A stretch of DNA of 62,357 bases, counting the filler, from Limisphaerales bacterium (GTDB lineage Bacteria; Verrucomicrobiota; Verrucomicrobiia; Limisphaerales; SIBE01), in assembly GCA_044225505.1 (NCBI GenBank). It is 4 parts of 4 records of this genome, joined end to end, with 100 filler letters (N's around TTAATTAATTAA, not from the genome) between each part and the next. Parts side by side here need not be neighbours in the genome. Positions count along the whole stretch, not along the records: positions 28,240 to 56,322 come from JBGAIN010000105.1; positions 56,423 to 59,410 come from JBGAIN010000329.1; positions 59,511 to 62,357 come from JBGAIN010000331.1; 1 more part is not named here. One strand, 5' to 3'. The notes under the pieces are model-generated. The model saw only the letters and a list, made by a program, of their open reading frames with translations, was not told the DNA's origin and searched no databases. A program made the translations under genes and the position numbers. This document shows, piece after piece, positions 51,136-59,999 of the stretch; position 1 is the stretch's first letter; each line of letters opens with the position of its first letter.

Positions 51136-52092
51136 CTACTGGAGGACCTCGCCACCACTCGCAGCGTTCTCCTGGGTGAAAAGCCGAGACCCCAAAATGA
51201 TCTCTTTGGGTACGGACTCACCTTTCAGTATTTTCAGTGTCGTCGCAATCGCCTCCTCGCCGCCGGTCGGATATTGGAAGGTAGCGCTCAGAATGCCCTG
51301 CTGAACATAAGCGACGCCCTCGTGTGGGAGTGCGTCGATCCCAACGAACAGCATTTCCTTCTCACGCCCAGCCGCTTTCGCCGCGAGAAAAGCTCCGTGA
51401 GCTCCAGGATCGTTGTGAGCATAGACTAAATCGATCTTCGGAAAGCGCGACAGGGCAGACTCCATTTCGCGTCGCGCGTCCGCTTCAAGCCACTTCATGT
51501 CCGCTTCAAAAACGACCTCGATGCCAGATCCGGCGATGCCATCGCGAAACCCGCTGTTTCGATCCACACCAGGGGTCGAAGTCATCAGTCCTTTTAATTC
51601 GACCACTTTGCCTTTGCCTCCAAGCTTTTTCGAGATCCAAGCTCCCGCAGCATGTCCAATTTTCTTGTTATCCGCGCCGATGAAACAGGTAAACTTGTCG
51701 CCGATCAACTTCCGATCCAGCACGATGACAGGAATTTTCGCTTCCATGGCCTTGGCTACCGGTTCGGTAAGCGGTTGCGCCTCTTTGGGGCTGATGATGA
51801 TCAAGTCGACGCCCGCGCTGACGAGTTCCTCAACATGGGCCCGTTGTTTCAAAGTATCGTTCTGGGCGTCTTTGAAGACGATCTTCAAGTTTGGGTGTTG
51901 CTCAGCGGCACTCTTAATGCGCGCGTTCATTTCCACGCGCCATGGTTCTCCGAGATTACACTGACTCATCCCAATGGTGTAACTGGTCTTGCTGGTTTCA
52001 GGCGCAGACTTGCTGCAGCCTGTCCAAAGACTGGCGGTTATCGCCAGCAGACAAACTACCGTATGATGAATCGCGTAACTGGGTAAGCGCAT
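51136..52092 (-). CDS. Sugar ABC transporter substrate-binding lipoprotein (RbsB-like)
   Basis: TGC lipobox, DAQND, IPVIVLDR, IGADN..IG, VYAHND, VGIDAL. Confidence 0.9.
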   Translation of the reverse strand: MRLPSYAIHHTVVCLLAITASLWTGCSKSAPETSKTSYTIGMSQCNLGEPWRVEMNARIKSAAEQHPNLKIVFKDAQNDTLKQRAHVEELVSAGVDLIIISPKEAQPLTEPVAKAMEAKIPVIVLDRKLIGDKFTCFIGADNKKIGHAAGAWISKKLGGKGKVVELKGLMTSTPGVDRNSGFRDGIAGSGIEVVFEADMKWLEADARREMESALSRFPKIDLVYAHNDPGAHGAFLAAKAAGREKEMLFVGIDALPHEGVAYVQQGILSATFQYPTGGEEAIATTLKILKGESVPKEIILGSRLFTQENAASGGEVLQ

Positions 52093-52140
52093 AGAATTGT
52101 TCTTGGAGAGAAATCGAGCCGAGGTCAATGTTTAAGTCAC

Positions 52141-53145
52141 TTAGACCCGTCGGCGTCGCTGAGCCAAAACCGCGACTAGGATTATCACCCCGGTGAGCAT
52201 CAATCGAGTCGCTTCCGGCACCGCATTGATACTCAGAATCTTCTCCAGGTAACCGATGGTCAGCGTTCCGAGCAATGAAAGCCCCATTCCACCACGTCCG
52301 CCGGTCAGGCTCGTTCCGCCAATGACGACGATGGCAATGGCCGAAAGTTCGTAGCCCGCTCCGGCCTCCGGGTCGCCTTGCTGTTCTTGCGCGGCTTGGC
52401 ACATTCCGGCAACTCCGGCAAAAAGCCCCGCGGCAGCGTAGGCGAAAACTTTCGTCCAAGCGACGGGTACGCCGGACAATCGAGCCGCCTCCTCGTTTCC
52501 TCCAATGGCATAAAGCTGCCGCCCCCATCGGTGTTTTGTCAGGATGATCCAGGTAGCTAGGGCACAGAGCAAGAAGATGACACTGACCACGGATAAATTG
52601 CCGCCGAGAATTCGGCTATCAATGAAGCGAAACAGAGCGGGAACATCGACATAGTGATAAGTGCCGTCGGGATTCTTGACCGCGGTGGAAACCTTCATCC
52701 CCCCGGAGACGGTCTTGGCCAGGCCGCGTGCAAACACCATCATAGCCAATGTTGCGATAAACGGCTGAATCCCGAACATGGCTGCCGTGCCTCCAGAGAG
52801 CCCACCGCACGCCATGCCTATGCCCAAGCTCGCAGGAATCGCGATCCAAGCGGACCATCCCCAATGGATCGTCATCATGGAAAAGCTCACGGCCGCCAAG
52901 GCCAGAACACTGCCAACCGCTAGGTCAATGCCGCCGCTGATAATGACCAGGGTCATTCCGCACGCCAAGATTCCGAATACGGACGCCTGGCGGAGTGCAT
53001 CGCGATGAGTTCCAATCTTGAAAAAAGCGCCATCGGCATTGAAGAGGCACCCGATTAGAAGAACTAAGCCCAAAGCTAGTAGAGCTCGGGTGGCGGGGAT
53101 GGCCCAAACGCGCGCTAGCGAACGAGATGTATTCGGCGTAGACAC
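52141..53145 (-). CDS. Sugar ABC transporter permease (RbsC-like)
   Basis: GMTLVIISGGIDLAVGS, PFIATLAMM, GRQLYAIGGNEEAARLSG, YELSAIA.VVIGGTSL.GG.G. Confidence 0.92.
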   Translation of the reverse strand: MSTPNTSRSLARVWAIPATRALLALGLVLLIGCLFNADGAFFKIGTHRDALRQASVFGILACGMTLVIISGGIDLAVGSVLALAAVSFSMMTIHWGWSAWIAIPASLGIGMACGGLSGGTAAMFGIQPFIATLAMMVFARGLAKTVSGGMKVSTAVKNPDGTYHYVDVPALFRFIDSRILGGNLSVVSVIFLLCALATWIILTKHRWGRQLYAIGGNEEAARLSGVPVAWTKVFAYAAAGLFAGVAGMCQAAQEQQGDPEAGAGYELSAIAIVVIGGTSLTGGRGGMGLSLLGTLTIGYLEKILSINAVPEATRLMLTGVIILVAVLAQRRRRV

Positions 53146-53262
53146 TCCTCGATTCGTCTATGGCTTAATGCCGGCTAGGGATTTCACCCCTTTCGCTTAC
53201 CGTGCTCCTGGCCACGGCGTCAAACCAATACAAGTAGTCCGCCATTCGCTATCAATTAGAAG

Positions 53263-54138
53263 CTACTCGGACCAACGCAAAGTCGCGGTCAAAGGAAAAT
53301 GGTCTGACGGAAACTGACCATTCATTGAAAAGCTGACGATTTCCGTAGCGTCCACCGAGACAGCGCCCTTCGCTAGAATCCAGTCGATGCGTGCGCCATC
53401 GCGCGGCCCTTGAAAGTTGTGGAACGTCGACAGCTTCTCATTACGGCGTTCCTTGGCCACGGACCAGGTATCCGTGAAAAGCTGGTCTTGGAGAAGAATA
53501 TCATAGGCTTTATTGGCGCCGGAAGCGGCGTTAAAGTCCCCGACCAACAAGACCGGCAAATTGGTTTTAAGTGCTTCCACCCGCTCGCGAATCAAAGCTG
53601 CCCCTTTCTCTCTGGCGATCTGAATTTCGTGATCAAGATGGGTGTTGAAGAAGTAGAACTGGCGTTCGGAACGCCGATCCAGAAATCGCACCCAGGTCAC
53701 CATCCGTCGGTTACGGTTGCCCCACGTCGTCGATGCGATCACGTTCGGCGTATCTGACAACCAGAAATGATTGAACTCCAGGGGGTCCAGTCGGTCCTTC
53801 CGGTAAAACACCGCCATGAACTCACCATGGCTGCCACCGTCCCGCCCCGTTCCAATCCAAGCATAACCAGGCAGGTCGTCTGCCACGTCTTTTAACTGCT
53901 GGTAAAGTCCTTCCTGCGTCCCGATCAGATCCGGTGCCACTTGCGCAATGCAGTCCCGCACCACGGGCCGGCGCTGTGACCAGGCATTGGGTGCATTCGA
54001 ACTGGCATAGCGCAAATTAAAGGTCATCACTTGCAGCGCGTTTGCCGCGGGGACTTCCCCTGCCCTGAGCCATTTCCCGCTGATATCCGCGAGGAGGAGA
54101 CTCGTCATCAGCAAACTCCAGAAAATCAATTTACCCAT
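53263..54138 (-). CDS. Exported endonuclease/exonuclease/phosphatase family protein
   Basis: VMTFNLRY, DLIGTQE, FNTHLD, LVGDFN, RIDWIL, PSDHFP. Confidence 0.9.
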   Translation of the reverse strand: MGKLIFWSLLMTSLLLADISGKWLRAGEVPAANALQVMTFNLRYASSNAPNAWSQRRPVVRDCIAQVAPDLIGTQEGLYQQLKDVADDLPGYAWIGTGRDGGSHGEFMAVFYRKDRLDPLEFNHFWLSDTPNVIASTTWGNRNRRMVTWVRFLDRRSERQFYFFNTHLDHEIQIAREKGAALIRERVEALKTNLPVLLVGDFNAASGANKAYDILLQDQLFTDTWSVAKERRNEKLSTFHNFQGPRDGARIDWILAKGAVSVDATEIVSFSMNGQFPSDHFPLTATLRWSE

Positions 54139-54141
54139 AAA

Positions 54142-55981
54142 TCACACCTTCTGAGATTCTTTAGCCCAAGTATCCTTCAAAGAGATGGTCCGATTGATTA
54201 TCAGCTGGCCCGGGGAAGCATCTGGATCCACCACAAAATAACCCAATCGTTCAAATTGGTAGCGAAGATCAGCGCGCGCTTCTCCGAGGCTTGGCTCACA
54301 TTTCGCCGTGACCACTTCCAAAGAGTGCGGATTTAAGTGCTTCTTGAAATCGCCCGTAGCGTCAGGCTCTGCGACCGTAAAAAGGCGATCATATAGCCTC
54401 ACTTGCGCATCGATCGCGTGCATGGCTGAAACCCAATGGATCGTCCCCTTAACCTTCCGTTGAGCCGANNNNNNNNCTTCCAAGGTCTGCACTACACCGG
54501 AGCTCCACGACCTTGCCCGCATCGTCCTTCAAAACCTCCTCGCACCGAATAATGTACGCATATTTGAGACGGACTTCCCCACCTGGTTTGAGTCGGAAGT
54601 ATTTAGGAGGTGGCACCTCCATAAAGTCGTCCGCATCGATATAAAGCTCGCGACTGAAAGGAATCTTGCGGGTCCCGGCCGAGGCGTCCTCTGGATTATT
54701 CGTGGCCTGAAGCTCTTCGCGGTGATCCGCGGGCAGGTTCGTAATCACCACTTTGATCGGCCGCAAAACCGCCAACCGTCTCAGCGCCCTCCGGTTGAGA
54801 TCCTCGCGGATCGCGTGCTCCAAAACCGCGACATCTGTCACCCCGTTGTACTTCGTTATTCCTATGTTATACGCAAAATCCCGCAACGCCTCGGGGGTCA
54901 CTCCGCGGCGGCGCAATCCGGAAATCGTCGGCATCCGAGGATCGTCCCAACCCGAGACGAGGCGCTCATTGACCAACTGCATCAGCTTCCGTTTGCTCAT
55001 GACGGTATAACCGAGACTCAACCGGGCGAATTCGTATTGGTGGGGAAGCGTCCGGATTAATCCCAAATTCTCAAGAATCCAATCGTAGAGCGGTCGATGC
55101 ACTTCAAACTCTAACGTGCAAATCGAATGCGTAATCCCCTCGATATAGTCGCTCAAACAGTGGGCAAAGTCATACATCGGATAGATGCACCATTGGCTGC
55201 CGGTATGGTGATGGTCAGAATGCCGGATTCGATAGAGCACAGGGTCTCGCATCCAGATATTGGGCGAGGCCATGTCAATCTTCGCCCGCAAAGTACGCGC
55301 TCCGTCTGGAAACTCCCCCGCCTTCATTCGGATGAACAGATCCAAATTCTGTTCGACGCTGCGTGTGCGGAAAGGGCTGTCTTGACCAGGTCGATCGGGA
55401 GCTCCTCGATACTTATCCATCTCGTCCAGGGAAAGATCACAGACATAAGCTAATCCCTTCTTGATGAGCAATATCGCATATTCAAAGAGGGCGTCGAAAT
55501 AGTCGCTCGCATAAAACGGCTCGGCAGAACTGCTCTCGGACTTCCTCCCGCAGTTTGGAAGGGCCCCCTCAGGTCGTGCCGCTTCCACACTCGGCAAATA
55601 AAAATCCAGCTTTCCATTCACCTCGTCACGACTCGGACCCTGCCCACGCGGCTTCATCCCCAATCGTTCCATAGCCCACCCGGAGATCAGCCAGCGAACG
55701 TCCTCCGTAATCGACTCGACATACTCCACATCCTCTTTGGTAGGATTCGTGTCATCCATCCGCAAGTTACAGATCCCACCAAACTCGCGGGCGATTCCGA
55801 AGTTAAGGCAGATGGATTTGGCGTGACCAATGTGCAGGTATCCATTCGGCTCGGGCGGGAAACGCGTTCGAATTTGCTGATACTTGCCCGCCGCGAGGTC
55901 CGCGGCCACAATTTCCCGAATAAAATCGGACGGCCGCGGTCCCTTTTCTGCCGCACCTACCATATGCTCAAGCGATGACAT
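54142..55981 (-). CDS. glnS: Glutamine--tRNA ligase (spans a scaffold gap at 54469-54476)
   Basis: [67 protein letters not shown]. Confidence 0.95.
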
Positions 55982-56129
55982 AAGCTTGGTTGTACCCGAT
56001 CCGCTAAAAACCTCAAGTAGGCCTGCATACCTCGTGGCCGAGGTCGGCGTTTCGCTCCGCAGCGACCCACCGGGACAACAAAGCGTCCGTGGCATTGCAT
56101 CCTGAGCAGGCAAGGCTAAGTTGAAGGCC

Positions 56130-56322
56130 ATGAGGTTGAATTCCCCGGCGCCGGCCAGCAACGGCTTTACCAAACTGGCGTCGTTCGTCATTGTGGCAGG
56201 CGTTTTGTATTTTGCCCAAGAGGTGTTTATTCCGATCGCGTTGGCCACTTTGCTGAGCTTCTTGCTGGCGCCCTTAGTCCTCCGGCTTACGCGCCTAGGT
56301 CTTGGCAAAATTCCGTCCATCC
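56130..56322 (+). CDS. AI-2E family transporter, N-terminal fragment cut by the contig edge
   Basis: [27 protein letters not shown]. Confidence 0.75.
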
Positions 56323-56422
56323 NNNNNNNNNNNNNNNNNNNNNNNNNNNNNNNNNNNNNNNNNNNNTTAATTAATTAANNNNNNNNNNNNNNNNNNNNNN
56401 NNNNNNNNNNNNNNNNNNNNNN
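56323..56422. other. Artificial contig linker
   Basis: N/TTAATTAATTAA/N, 100 nt. Confidence 0.99.
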
Positions 56423-56708
56423 AACGCCCCTTGGATGGGGGCGATCGGACTGTCCCACCGCCGCGATCTGATTTTGGCGCGAAGTAAGACCCCTCGGTGC
56501 GAATTGGCAGATTCTATCTGTCTACTTTGGCTCGAGCAGACTGGCAGGATGAATAGGAGGCGTCTTCAAATGGCGAGTAATGCTAGATCGGTGGATGTCG
56601 TCTGGTCAGGAATCGGCAAACTCGTGAGATTGGGCTGAAAAAGATCAAGCCAGCGTCAGGTTTCGCTGTTCGCTTGCTCGTGGCTGGACCACAAGACGGT
56701 GGGTTCCG

Positions 56709-57479
56709 TCATGGCGCTGGCGTTATGCGAATGCTATCCAACCAGAGGGCTACCGGCTCATTGGTTGGGACGAAGGTGTGAAAACTCAGCGTGCTGATTG
56801 ATTCCTCCGCGACGAACTCCAACTGCTGTGTCTGCCAGCCTGAGGGGTTCTGAGAGGGTAGCACTTCGACCGTTGTTGAAAGCCAAGATGCTGCTCCAAC
56901 CACGCTGACATCAAACTTCAGATGAGCTAGGCTCTCGCCGCCTGCTCGAACGTCGAATGATAGGTGATACGTTAGACCTGGCTGAGTGGCCACAGTTTGA
57001 GCCAAGACCAAATCGTTCGGATAAGTTTCTGCATTCAGGACCACTGCTCGCTCTCCGTCACTGCTAGTCCCGGACAAGATAGCTTGGCTGCCACGGGGAA
57101 TCCAGTGGTTGTAACCTTGTTCGAAACTCCCATTCAAGACGCGGTTGTTATCCGCATTAACGACCGGACACCACATCACGAAGTTGGAAGGAACGCTTTC
57201 GTTTCCGTCTTTGGTTACTCCTGTTATGTAAAGCTGATAAGCCCTGTCGTAGGCAAGGGCATCGAGTGAGGCTTGCGTGGTGTTACCGACTTCGAGGCGA
57301 ACAAACTCCTGGCTCGTTCCTTCGGCATAGTAGACCGCGTAACCGACGATGTTTGGATCGGGGCTCGGATCCCAATTCAAAACCGGACCGGCCTCGGCTT
57401 GTGATGTCATCCAGTGAGTGGCAATGACGAACGCTGTTATACCCAGAACGGACGATGAGCGATTGACCTTCTTGTGCAT
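56709..57479 (-). CDS. Secreted fibronectin type III plus carbohydrate-binding-like (DUF642/CBM) protein
   Basis: LNWDPSPDPNIVGY.VYY…GNESVPSN; VLNGSFE…LAQTVAT.PG.TYHLSF…WLDSI. Confidence 0.82.
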   Translation of the reverse strand: MHKKVNRSSSVLGITAFVIATHWMTSQAEAGPVLNWDPSPDPNIVGYAVYYAEGTSQEFVRLEVGNTTQASLDALAYDRAYQLYITGVTKDGNESVPSNFVMWCPVVNADNNRVLNGSFEQGYNHWIPRGSQAILSGTSSDGERAVVLNAETYPNDLVLAQTVATQPGLTYHLSFDVRAGGESLAHLKFDVSVVGAASWLSTTVEVLPSQNPSGWQTQQLEFVAEESISTLSFHTFVPTNEPVALWLDSIRITPAP

Positions 57480-57759
57480 TCCGGCGCCTTAGCAACATGC
57501 ATGCCTGAGTCTGGCGTGTTCTCGAAATTGCGATTGATCTCCCGTCAGCCCGTTCGCTGAAATTCTTCGTGACGACTGACTTTTTGTAGTCGCCGGGTTG
57601 GCACTGCATGAATCGGGATGTTTTCTGTCCTCTTCCAGGACTGGAGGGACACATCCCGTCTCGTGCTGAGACAATCGAGTAGTCCTTCGCAGAGCTTAGG
57701 CTCTTTGATTACGCTAGTCTCTCAGACTTGGTGGCCTCTTGGCCCGGTGAGTTCGCCGG

Positions 57760-57793
57760 GAAGCCCGTCAAACTGACGGTTTGACGGGGCTTC
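57760..57793. repeat. Near-perfect inverted repeat / hairpin
   Basis: GAAGCCCGTCAAAC-TGACG-GTTTGACGGGGCTTC. Confidence 0.75.
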
Positions 57794-57885
57794 GGAGTTG
57801 AGTAACATCCTGGACAGACACCAGTGAACGAGGCCTACATTTTGTTTGGTAGAATCCTGGGAAAACCACACGTCTACCTATTGCC

Positions 57886-59410
57886 GTGAGGCAAGGAAAC
57901 GCACCATCTGCGAATGGATTCCGGTTCTTCAACGACCGGGTAAGGTGGATGTTCAGTTTAGTAGGCGTTCTTAGCGTCGCTCCTTTCTCTGGTTTGCCCA
58001 CCGAGGTTCCTGACGTCTCTAGGCTGCCGGTGCCCTTGCAGCGGACGATCGACTATCAGCAAGAGGTCATGCCGCTCTTTCAGATGCGATGTTATTCGTG
58101 CCATGGCCCAGAGAAACAGAAGTCGGGCCTGCGTCTGGACCTAAAACGGACCGCTTTCGCTGGTGGACAGCGCGGCCCGGCCATTCTCCCCGGTCGAAGT
58201 TCGGAGAGTTTGTTGGTTCATTATATTGCTGGACTAGACGACGAAATGCGCATGCCTCCGGCGAAAGGTGGAGGGAAACCTTTGAGCGTGGACGAGATCG
58301 CGTTAGTCCGCGCCTGGATCGACCAAGGGGCGTCGTGGCCTGGTGAGCTGGAATCGCCATCCGTCCCATCCCGGACGGAGCATTGGGCATTCCAACCGGT
58401 GCGGAGGCCTTCGTTGCCGAAACTGCCAGAACACTCCTGGCCGCGAAATGAGATTGATCTTTTCATTTGGGAGCGCCTTCACCAGAACAACCTGGAGCCT
58501 TCTTCCGAGGCAGACCGGCGGACTTTGATACGCCGAGTCAGTTTCGATATGGTGGGTTTGCCTCCCACTCCGGATGAGATTAATGCGTTCGTGAGAGACG
58601 ATTCCCTTGACGCTTATGAGCGAATGGTCGATCGGATTTTGAATTCACCGCGTTATGGCGAACGTTGGGCGCGACACTGGTTGGATAGCATTCATTTCGG
58701 CGAAACCCACGGGTACGATAAGGACAAAACTCGCCCCAATGCCTGGCCGTATCGGGATTACCTGATCCGTTCCTTTAATCAGGACAAGCCCTATTCACGC
58801 TTTGTTGAAGAACAATTGGCTGGCGACATTTTGTTCCCGGACGCGCCGGATGGGGTCATGGCTTTGGGATTCCTCGCGGCAGGACCGTGGGACTTCGTTG
58901 GTCATGTCGAATTGCCCGAAACCAAAACGGACGGTTTGATCGCACGTTACAATGATCGAGACGATATGGTAATGACCACGATGGCGACGTTTCAGAGCCT
59001 GACTGTCCATTGCGCTCGGTGTCACGACCATAAGTTCGATCCTATACGCCAGGAAGATTACTATCGCTTACAATCCGTCTTTGCTGGGATAGATCGAGCG
59101 GACCGTTGGTTCGATTCTGACCCAGTTATATTTCGGGCTCGCAAGCAATTGTTAGCGGAGAAAAAGCGTTTGGACTCACAGCAGGAGAAGCTGAATCAAG
59201 CTGTATTGCGGTCGAGTCCAACGGTATTCCGATTGATTGATGCCCGACGTGACGAGCTGAAAAAACAGATCGCTTCCTTAGTCAAATCCACGGACCAGGA
59301 AAGCCCGGGCAACGGTTACCACAGCGAAATCACGGCCAAAGCCGATATGACAAAGTGGGTCCAGATTGATTTGAAGAAAAAAGTGCCGGTCGATGAAATA
59401 GTTTTGGTGC
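57886..59410 (+). CDS. Planctomycete cytochrome c / DUF1549 (PSCyt) domain protein, 3'-truncated by the contig edge
   Basis: CYSCH heme motif, GLRLD, WIDQGA, HWAFQP, RRVSFDMVGLPPT, YGERWARHWLD, CARCHDHKFDPI. True start may be the ATG at 57949. Confidence 0.92.
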
Positions 59411-59510
59411 NNNNNNNNNNNNNNNNNNNNNNNNNNNNNNNNNNNNNNNNNNNNTTAATTAATTAANNNNNNNNNNNNNNNNNNNNNNNNNNNNNNNNNN
59501 NNNNNNNNNN
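59411..59510. other. Artificial contig linker
   Basis: N/TTAATTAATTAA/N, 100 nt. Confidence 0.99.
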
Positions 59511-59999
59511 GCGAGTTTAGGCATCAGTACAAAAAGTACAAGAGACAAAATGGCACACCTGTTTGTGGGTAAAGACAAGCGTTAAAACGCCGAGCTATTC
59601 TCGAGTTGCCCCATCCGGGGCGCCAGGAGGCAATTACCGAATGGCATTAGGATTAATCCCGCAAGAATGTCCGCAGGTGCGACCCCACTCGCGTAGGATT
59701 CGAGCGCTGCTTGGCCGCATCGGACGGTCCGGCGAACTAAAGCCCGCGCGCCATCCCAGGTGTTACTATCGAGATGCTCCCAACGGGGCGCGGCGAAGAC
59801 GAGTGCGACGAGTCCAGCCGCAGCAGGCGCCCGACATCTTTCGCGTCCGCATGTTTCGGAGCGTCCTGGTGAAAGCGGAAGCCTCTGCGGCTGGTCTTAC
59901 GACACAGCCGCGCTCCTTCCATCACACGACAGTGACCAGGTTAACGAGCTTGCCTTCTCACTTTTGGCTGGCATGAATGATGGCGCATCCGGGTATCGC

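Noticed and set aside
53165..53200. Minus-strand AGGGGTGAAATCCCTAGCCGGC resembling the 5' part of an FMN riboswitch
   Set aside because: The remaining FMN helices and conserved 3' segments are absent and the spacer is too short.
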